The notes under the pieces: generated by a model | The model's database searches: none | What the model saw: only the letters and a program-made list of their open reading frames with translations | What the model was told of the DNA's origin: nothing | From: Caecitellus pseudoparvulus | Lineage: Eukaryota; Protista; Bigyra: Bicosoecida | Assembly (NCBI GenBank): GCA_965644315.1 | Contig: CBFFRQ010000130.1 | Coordinates: 1 to 10,369, forward strand | Direction of reading: 5' to 3' | Length of the DNA: 10,369 nt | Shown here: positions 1 to 6,700 of the stretch, one piece after another | Numbering within the stretch: the first letter of the stretch is position 1 | Layout of the letters: every line of letters starts with the position of its first letter | Position numbers and translations under genes: made by a program

Positions 1-130
1 TGTGCGTGGCAATCGAAATGCATTGAACTGGGCCCGCCTCGAGGCCGTCCCCTCCCCCTCTATGCCAGCGGCCACCAGGGCTCGCTGCATCTCTTGGGGG
101 AGGGGACGCCTCCTTGCGGCACCCGCCAAT
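1..130 (-). repeat. Split direct repeat B2 (element 3' end, partial)
   Basis: Copy of 336-466 that runs off the window start. Confidence 0.92.
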
Positions 131-139
131 CGAGAAAAA

Positions 140-316
140 GAAAAAAAAGGAAAGAGAGTGACGAGGCCGGCTAATGACTGGTTTTGTCATGCCCGGTCCT
201 GCCGTCGTCTACTCTGCGTTGGGGCGGCGGGGGACAATTGTGCCACTAGCGTGGGACTGCCCGCCGCCCCTCCTGCCGGGAAACATGGTTGCCGGCTGGG
301 GTGCCGGCAACCTCGG
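140..316 (-). repeat. Split direct repeat A2
   Basis: Copy of 5628-5804. It abuts B1 at 316/317 and is followed by a short extra purine tract (131-139 on +) and then B2. Confidence 0.95.
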
Positions 317-466
317 TTCCCTCGTGTTGGTGCGTTGTGCGTGGCAATCGAAATGCATTGAACTGGGCCCGCCTCGAGGCCGTCCCCTCCCCCCTCTATG
401 CCAGCGGCCACCAGGGCTCGCTGCATCTCTTGGGGGAGGGGACGCCTCCTTGCGGCACCCGCCAAT
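317..466 (-). repeat. Split direct repeat B1
   Basis: 336-466 matches 1-130 except for one C in a homopolymer (C6 vs C5). 317-335 is assigned to B by inference. It begins 5 nt after the YR stop codon. Confidence 0.9.
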
Positions 467-471
467 ACTTT

Positions 472-1371
472 TCAATGCTTGCTTCCTCCCCTGGGTGTCA
501 TGGCCTCGTGCCACAGCCTCGCCCCCTCCCCCCCCCCCTGGGTGTAGTATCGTGCCCGGGTGGGGGAGCCAGCCGCCCAGCCCGCCGCGTGCTCCACCAA
601 GACGTCGGGGGCCCGGCCTGTCCAGAACATATTGCCCCCGGGTCTCAGGTGGGCCAAGGACACGCCCGCTACAGCCTTCAGGATGCCTTGCAGGCTGAGC
701 CACGCCCACCTTGGGAGCAGGCTTCCCCGCTTGTCCCGGGCCTGCTCCCGGAGGCGGTCGAAGGCCCCCGCCCACTCGGCCTGGCGCACCACCTGGATGT
801 GGCGGTTTGCACTCAGGTGCGTTTTATCCGTGACCCTGGCCTCCACCCACTGCAGGGGGCCCGCCCGCCCGAAGTGCAACTCCTCCCATCGCAGGCCCCG
901 GAGCTCTCCCGGCCTGCACATGCCGTGAAAGCCGATGTAGATAGCTGCGGCGGCAGTTGGGGCATGCCTCCCGAGGTGCGGCCCGTCCCATGCCCGCTTC
1001 ATGGCCTCCATGACTTGTTCTTTGCTGATAGGGCGGCGGTGTTGCTCCCCTCTCCCTCGGTGGAGCCGGCGGATTGCCCGGCAGATGCTGCCGACTGTGA
1101 GCCCCAGCGGGGCTAGCGACGGGATTGGCAGGCCCAGATACCTGAAACCACCGGCCCATTGCGCCAGGATCTGCTTCGCCCGATGGGGGGCCCATTTGCC
1201 TGCGGCCACGCCGCCCGTTAAGATGCCCACCATGGTCCGCGCCCTGTCCCGGGGTGCTGGAGCGGCCCTGATCAGGCCAGCAACCGCGCGAACGTACTTG
1301 ACCACCGTCCCCTTTGCCAGCCTATGTTGGTGAATCCTGCTGATCGGGGACGCGGGGATGGCCCTAATCAT
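472..1371 (-). CDS. Tyrosine recombinase (YR) of the retrotransposon (299 aa)
   Basis: Box I GFHGMCRPGEL (R), VTDKT (K), box II AHLRPGG (R), AAGW (W) and RARYY (nucleophile Y). The stop lies just before repeat B1. Confidence 0.9.
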   Translation of the reverse strand: MIRAIPASPISRIHQHRLAKGTVVKYVRAVAGLIRAAPAPRDRARTMVGILTGGVAAGKWAPHRAKQILAQWAGGFRYLGLPIPSLAPLGLTVGSICRAIRRLHRGRGEQHRRPISKEQVMEAMKRAWDGPHLGRHAPTAAAAIYIGFHGMCRPGELRGLRWEELHFGRAGPLQWVEARVTDKTHLSANRHIQVVRQAEWAGAFDRLREQARDKRGSLLPRWAWLSLQGILKAVAGVSLAHLRPGGNMFWTGRAPDVLVEHAAGWAAGSPTRARYYTQGGGEGARLWHEAMTPRGGSKH

Positions 1372-2143
1372 CTGCCAGAAGGTCTGCTTCCTTATCCAGA
1401 GTGTGTCTGTGCAGGGCGACGGAGAGTTGAGCTGAGTGAATCCACGCGGTGCCCGCCCCGGCCTCTCCCGACGGCCCTACGTCTAGGGACACATCATGCC
1501 ACCGCTCAGCGGCGCTGCTTCCCCCTGCTGATGCCTCCAGCTCGGCTGGTTGCCCTGGCGGGGGGCCGAGCGCTGCCGGTGTGCTGCTATCCACCCTTTC
1601 GGGGTGGCTGAGGGCGTCCGCCCGCCAATTCAGGCTCCTCGGGATCCACCGAGGCGCCAAGTGGACGTCCAAAACACGGGAAACCCGCTCGAGGACCCCG
1701 CAGACGCGCGTGAGTTCACGGCTGTGCTTGCTGTACCCTCGTCGCGCCAGCGCCACCGCTGCCTGGCTGTCCGCAGCTAGGCAAAGCAGCAGCGGCCCCG
1801 GCTCGGGAAAAACATGCCGCGCCATTGCCATAGCCAAGGCGATTGCGTACAGCTCCAGCATCGTGGAGGCTCCCACGAGCTCCTCGCCCGGGGCTGTGCC
1901 GGGGATGCGCATGGACGCGTACCAAGCGGAGTCTGTGCGCTCTCCTGGCCCTGCCCACCTCGACACTGTTGCCCCCAGCCCGCCTTCCCCCGACGCGTCG
2001 CACGAGCCAAAGAGGGCGGCGCGCCACCTGCTTGACAGTGGGGAGAGCGGGCGCATCGGGCCCGTCGATAACGGCCCACCGAGGGCCCCAAGGAGGGTCC
2101 GCAGGGCCCCGTGCGACGCCGGGAGGACAGGCACGAGAGCGCC
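1364..2143 (-). CDS. RNase H domain of pol (in the -1 frame relative to RT)
   Basis: Catalytic D-E-D-D motifs: SCDASGEGGLGA, STMLELYAI, AADSQAAV, WIPRSLNWRADALSH. Lies within ORF 1364..2284. Confidence 0.9.
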   Translation of the reverse strand, partial: GALVPVLPASHGALRTLLGALGGPLSTGPMRPLSPLSSRWRAALFGSCDASGEGGLGATVSRWAGPGERTDSAWYASMRIPGTAPGEELVGASTMLELYAIALAMAMARHVFPEPGPLLLCLAADSQAAVALARRGYSKHSRELTRVCGVLERVSRVLDVHLAPRWIPRSLNWRADALSHPERVDSSTPAALGPPPGQPAELEASAGGSSAAERWHDVSLDVGPSGEAGAGTAWIHSAQLSVALHRHTLDKEADLLADD

Positions 2144-3540
2144 GGGGGGCCGACGCGGTACTTGTGTGTGCGCATGGTATCGTACAAGAGCGACAGCGTT
2201 TGTTTTGCGTGGGGCACCACGGCCGACAGGCCGTGCAAGCGCCCTGTGACCGCGGCGAAAACGCGCTTGGGGATGGTGGAGCAAGCGCCGAGGCGATTAA
2301 GGACCGCGGCCAGCTGCCACCGCAGCTGAGTTCGTTTGGCTTGAGGACACTCAAGGTACACCCCACACGGGGCACACCTGACCACCATCCCCAAGTACTG
2401 AACGACGCGCTGTGGCCCTTGCGTCTTCTTGCGCGACACCCGGAAGCCCACGTCCTCGAACAGTTGAGTTATCTTGGGCACGATCGATGGCCGTGGCCCC
2501 AACGTAGCTCCCCCAAGCCCGACGTCGTCTACGTACACAACCACATGCCCTGCTGGGAACGCCGCTTCGATCTTGGCGCCCAGAAGTCCAGAAAAAAAGC
2601 AGAAAATGGCCCCGGCCGGGCTGTACCCGAAGGCCATCCGAAGCATGCGGAAGGCTGGCCTGCCCTGGGCGAGCATGGTGAACAGTCCGGCGCCCGACGG
2701 AGCGATGGGGATGGCCGTGTACCCTGCTTCCACGTCCAGGACAACACAGTCCGAGTTCGGCGGGAGGCGCAGCGCCCAGCTCTCCAGCGTGGGGTAGTGG
2801 AATGGGGGGCTCACTGTGGCCTGGTTGACGGCTGCCAGATCGTACACCACCCGCTGCTTGGCCCGGAACAGGCGGCTCGGGCGGGCGGGCGCGCGGGAAG
2901 AGCTGGCGGCCTGCACCGCCTCGCCTGGGTTCGCAGCAGCCCACTGTCGTAGAGCTTCGTCGCTGACGCCCGGCTGGGGGGCCCATGTCGTGACAACGAA
3001 GGCAGAAGCGGCTGGCCCTCCCATCTTTCGGTGCTGCTGCAGCTGCTGGGGGGTGACCGGCTGCAGCACGCGCGCAGCCGCGAAGGCGTCATAGGCCGCT
3101 GCCACCGCCCGCTCGTCGTGCGGCTGCAGCACGTATGCCGAGGACGGGGATGCCGCTGCCGGGGGGCGGCGAAACAGCAGCCAAGCGGGGTCCCACCCGC
3201 GCAGCGTGACCACGGTGAGCAGTCGCATGGCTGCGCACCGCTCAAGCTGCCGTAATCTGGAAGTGGTCTCGCCGCATGCGGGACACACGTCAGCGTGGGC
3301 CTCCTGGCAACCCCAGTATGAGACCACGGGGTGGGGGCCCCAGTCCAAGCCCCCACGCAAGATGTCCTCGAAGAGCCCCGGTGGAGTCCAACAACGGTCC
3401 CCATGCAGCTGCTGGACCATTGATTCGATGAGCACGGCCATGGCGCGGTGGTCTGTCGAGAGCGGGGCGGCAGCCCTCCACTCCACGGGCACGGCCCGGT
3501 ACCCCGTGGTCGCTCGCACCACCGCGCTCCGGCCCACCTC
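2144..3540 (-). CDS. Reverse transcriptase (pol, RT part); in frame with gag after one TAG
   Basis: Motifs KQRVVYDLAAVN, VVLDVEAGYTAIPI, RMAFGYSPAGAIF, VVYVDD (YVDD at 2535-2524), GFRVSRKKT...VQYLG and GRLHGLSAVVPHAKQTLSLLY are typical of DIRS/Ngaro RT. The frame stays open to 1777, but the pol-like sequence moves to another frame near 2145. Confidence 0.93.
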
Positions 3541-5559
3541 CTAGAGGCTGAGAGCTGCCTCCACCATGGCCGTGGTGACAGCGCGGGGCTGCATGCGCCG
3601 CTGGAAGTCACGTCCCTTGGATGCCACCTTCCGCTCCCACTGGCGCACCAGCATGGCCACCGCCTGCGCCTGGGTAAGTTCTGCGGGCTTACCTCCGACT
3701 GTGTGGGTCCGGCGCAGGTGGGCCACATGCTGGGCCAGGCGTGGGCATGATGCCAGCGACCGGCGCCGCCGGTCGGATCCGACGCACCCGGGGCACCACA
3801 CGAATGTGCTCGGGTCGTCCTGTCGGTACAGCCCCGCGGGAGGGCCACGAGCGGGGGTTTGCGCCGGGCCGCCCCCCGCACCTGGCATCGGTGTGGCGGC
3901 GGCCCCGGCCGCCCATGCCTCGCGCGCCAGCGAGCTGGCCACCAGTGCTTGCCCCGTCGCCGACGCCATCATGACAATGGTGGCGTTAGTGCGGAACGTG
4001 GCCACCCAGGAGGCCCACGTCAGCTGGGCCCATCGCCTGCGCTGGTCTTCGGGCAACGCAGCGGCGGTCTGCGCCACGGCCCGCACTGCGATTGTGATCA
4101 GGAGTGCGCACGCCATGGCTCGGCACAGGCCCCGCTGGTCTGCCAGGGCGGGCACCTCGGACGCCCACTTCCACCAGAACGCTCGGAGGGAGCGGTGGAG
4201 GTCGTCGGAAGGCGCCGTCAGCAAGTCCCTGGTCATCGCGGCAAGCCACCAAGCGCCCCCACGGTTGCCCAGCATGTGGCATGCCGACAGGGCACCCGCC
4301 CCAGTTACTGCCACTAGATGGGTTGGGTCAACTGTAACTTCCACCCTCCCTTGCACCAGGCGTACAGCAGTCACTACGTCCATAGCGTCGTCCATCATGA
4401 CCGACGCGGACGGCGGGGCTACCTCATCGCCGGGGGCTGTGAGCCAGGACGGGTCGCCGGGAGCGGGCACGCGGGGCGAGTGGGGGGGGAGCTGGCGGGA
4501 CAGGAACGTACCTGACGGCACTGGGCCCGTTGCTGCGGGCACCTCTCGTGCAGCAGCCTCAGCCATCTCGACAGCCACCGTGGTCAAGGCGTCTGTGGTC
4601 CCCGCAGCGAAAACTGCCCCCAAGGCTGACAGGCGGTCCCGGGCCACCGCCGACGAGGGGTGTGCGGTCGGCCCAATGACCCGCAGCGCGCCTACAGTGA
4701 CCAGTACCTCGTCGGCTGGCGACGACCGACCGCTGTTCTCCCCTATGTGACCGAAAACAGCCGACCCGCCTTCGGGGTGGACTGCCGGCGAGGCTCCGCC
4801 GCCCCACGGGGGAGGGGGGGGCTGCGGGCTATAGGCCGCCCTGTGCCTCTTGGAGGCCGGGGGTTGACCCGGGGCCGCCGCACGGGGCTGTAACCGGGCG
4901 GCATCCGGTGTGGTGCCCGGGAAAACGGGAAAGAACGGGGCGCCGGCATCGTCGTCGCCAAAGTCGTCGTCGCCCGCCAGCGCGGCCTCCAGGACCCGCT
5001 GCAAATGCATCACGATGTCGTCGGGGGTGAGGTTGGGGGGAATACCGTTGAGTCTGCACCATGCGGCGAAGCGCCGTGGAGGCCAAGCGGAGAGGGCGTA
5101 CGGCGATGTCTCCTCCGTTGCCAAGCCCACGTAGAACTGCAGCTGCACGACGACGTCCTCGCTCGGCACCGTCGCTCCCCTCTGCAGGAACCACGTAAGC
5201 ACTGTGGCGGGATCGTGCGGGAGGTCGCCTGCGACTGCGTCCGGCTGGGTCGGGCGCGGGGGTAGGTGCGGGCCGTAGGGCGTGCCACTGCTCGCACCGC
5301 GCGGACGGGTTCGCTTCGTGCCGTGCCCCCGTGGTGAGCCGCCTGCGCGATGAGGGGCACCGTCAGCGGGGAGGCGGAAAGCTCTGCCCGCAATGAGGGA
5401 TCGCATGCGATCTGCCCGGAATCCCTCGGGCACCTCCCGGAGGCGCCAAGCGGCCTCCATCTTACCAAAATCCTCAGAATCCGCCCACTTCAGCCAGTAC
5501 TCGAACTCCTGCTCCGTTATGAGCGCCTTGGCTTGCTTGGCGGAGTTGACAGACATCAT
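3541..5559 (-). CDS. Gag-like ORF1 of the YR retrotransposon (672 aa)
   Basis: First long ORF after A1 and directly upstream of RT. It has a Pro/Ala-rich middle and a C-terminal Cys/His cluster (WCPGC...SCPRLAQHVAHLRRTH). The call rests mainly on position. Confidence 0.75.
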   Translation of the reverse strand: MMSVNSAKQAKALITEQEFEYWLKWADSEDFGKMEAAWRLREVPEGFRADRMRSLIAGRAFRLPADGAPHRAGGSPRGHGTKRTRPRGASSGTPYGPHLPPRPTQPDAVAGDLPHDPATVLTWFLQRGATVPSEDVVVQLQFYVGLATEETSPYALSAWPPRRFAAWCRLNGIPPNLTPDDIVMHLQRVLEAALAGDDDFGDDDAGAPFFPVFPGTTPDAARLQPRAAAPGQPPASKRHRAAYSPQPPPPPWGGGASPAVHPEGGSAVFGHIGENSGRSSPADEVLVTVGALRVIGPTAHPSSAVARDRLSALGAVFAAGTTDALTTVAVEMAEAAAREVPAATGPVPSGTFLSRQLPPHSPRVPAPGDPSWLTAPGDEVAPPSASVMMDDAMDVVTAVRLVQGRVEVTVDPTHLVAVTGAGALSACHMLGNRGGAWWLAAMTRDLLTAPSDDLHRSLRAFWWKWASEVPALADQRGLCRAMACALLITIAVRAVAQTAAALPEDQRRRWAQLTWASWVATFRTNATIVMMASATGQALVASSLAREAWAAGAAATPMPGAGGGPAQTPARGPPAGLYRQDDPSTFVWCPGCVGSDRRRRSLASCPRLAQHVAHLRRTHTVGGKPAELTQAQAVAMLVRQWERKVASKGRDFQRRMQPRAVTTAMVEAALSL

Positions 5560-5624
5560 TTGTCGTGGATGTCCTCCCAGCTTCCGCCCTCCGTGTCGCT
5601 GGAAGCTGGATCATCCGATGCCAT
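5556..5624 (-). other. 22-aa upstream ORF (MASDDPASSDTEGGSWEDIHDK*) overlapping the gag start, or the frameshifted true N-terminus of gag
   Basis: ATG at 5624 in context GAGATGG, 3 nt after A1. Its TGA (5558-5556) overlaps the gag ATG (5559-5557). Confidence 0.5.
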
Positions 5625-5627
5625 CTC

Positions 5628-5804
5628 GAAAAAAAAGGAAAGAGAGTGACGAGGCCGGCTAATGACTGGTTTTGTCATGCCCGGTCCTGCCGTCGTCTAC
5701 TCTGCGTTGGGGCGGCGGGGGACAATTGTGCCACTAGCGTGGGACTGCCCGCCGCCCCTCCTGCCGGGAAACATGGTTGCCGGCTGGGGTGCCGGCAACC
5801 TCGG
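5628..5804 (-). repeat. Split direct repeat A1 (element 5' end)
   Basis: 177 nt with no mismatch found by eye against 140-316 (offset 5488). Confidence 0.95.
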
Positions 5805-6700
5805 GCCTTTCACACCCTCACGCCGCGCAGTGGCTGCCACTTTCCCAATGCCAGCCGATTCCGCACCCGCCCACCTGACTCGACACAACCCCGTACTGCT
5901 CTTCTTCTCCACACACCACACTCACTGCACACAGCCCGCCACGTGCGCAAAGTGCAGCGTAGCCAGGACCACTCGCATTCACGCCACGGTGGAACGGAGA
6001 CCTGCCCCCCATCCACCTGACGACCGCTGCCGCAGGGTGTGCTTCCCTTCATGCCGCAGCACAAGCCACGGATCCAGCTGTCCCAACCTGCTCACAGTGT
6101 GCGCTGAGCCCGCCTCTCCACCCCCTTCACACCCGAAAGCGGAACTGAACGCCAGACCTGTTCTCCCTGCAGCCCAATGCCCCCCTCGCAGCCGCCCCTC
6201 GCCCAACGCCACGCCCCGCTTCGCACCACACACAGCATGATCACCTCACACATATATGGCTCAGTCAAGGGCAGATACAGCGGGTGGTGGCTTCACTTCC
6301 AATGCCCCCCCAGCCTCATCAATGAGCTGAGGTGCCGGAGGCTTGGCATCACACCCAGGCATGGCTGGGGTGGGCTCGCTGGCGGCAATGTGGGCCTCTG
6401 GCTCGGCCAGTGGTCGCGAGGCTGTGGCGGTCATGAGCAGCTGGCCCACACCTGCGTCCATGCCGCAACCGTCCCACAGCCACAGCCCAGACCACACGCT
6501 GCACGCCACCATCACCGCCTTGTATCTGCCCGCAGAAGCACCATGTCACACCGACCACGTCGTGTGCTGGTGCCGGCCCACACAGCATCCTTGGCAGGCT
6601 GCACAGCCACTTCGCCAGCGGCAAGTCTGACCTGGAGGGGAATGGCTCGGTGTCCGGTGAGGCCCAGCAGCTCACGCAGCACCCGAACATGCTCATTGAC
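5805..6700. repeat. Segmental/tandem duplication copy 1 (3' end and 3' flank of gene A)
   Basis: Colinear with 9297-10034 (offset 3334 in the gene part), with a 157-nt extra segment at 5877-6033. Confidence 0.9.

Larger units (their letters stand above)
1..5804 (-). mobile_element. Tyrosine-recombinase retrotransposon (DIRS order, Ngaro/PAT-like, split direct repeats); 3' end slightly truncated by the window
   Basis: On the minus strand the order is A1(5804-5628), gag-like, RT, RNase H, YR, B1(466-317), A2(316-140), B2(130-<1). This A-ORFs-B-A-B layout with RT/RH and YR is the hallmark of Ngaro/PAT elements. No methyltransferase is seen and YR follows RH with only 8 nt overlap, which favours Ngaro-like; VIPER has YR before RT. 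Confidence 0.93.

Noticed and set aside
132-158. Purine run as an LTR-type polypurine tract, and the A repeats as LTRs
   Set aside because: The run is pyrimidine on the element's sense strand. There are no TG...CA ends, PBS or DDE integrase, and the A-B-A-B layout with YR fits split direct repeats.
1-466. Hammerhead or HDV-like ribozyme in the terminal repeats
   Set aside because: No CUGANGA/GAAA core was found on the sense strand and I could not build an HDV nested pseudoknot by eye. An Infernal scan would be needed to exclude it fully.
1777-2143. C-terminal ~120 aa of the 586-aa ORF as a genuine RT extension
   Set aside because: It is low-complexity Arg/Gly/Pro sequence, and the RNase H motifs lie in the other frame.
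289-4750. Long plus-strand and alternative-frame ORFs over the retroelement (e.g. 289-1116, 1843-2952, 3566-4750, 2811-3881)
   Set aside because: They have no recognisable motifs and are expected from stop-codon scarcity in GC-rich DNA opposite real ORFs.
6261-6515. 84-aa ORF overlapping the gene A stop (TGATG), also intact at 9595-9849 after gene C
   Set aside because: The two copies are recent duplicates and most differences I could trace change amino acids (P/S, A/T, I/S, G/D, G/R, W/C, L/V, C/R), so there is no sign of purifying selection. Probably 3' UTR or flank.
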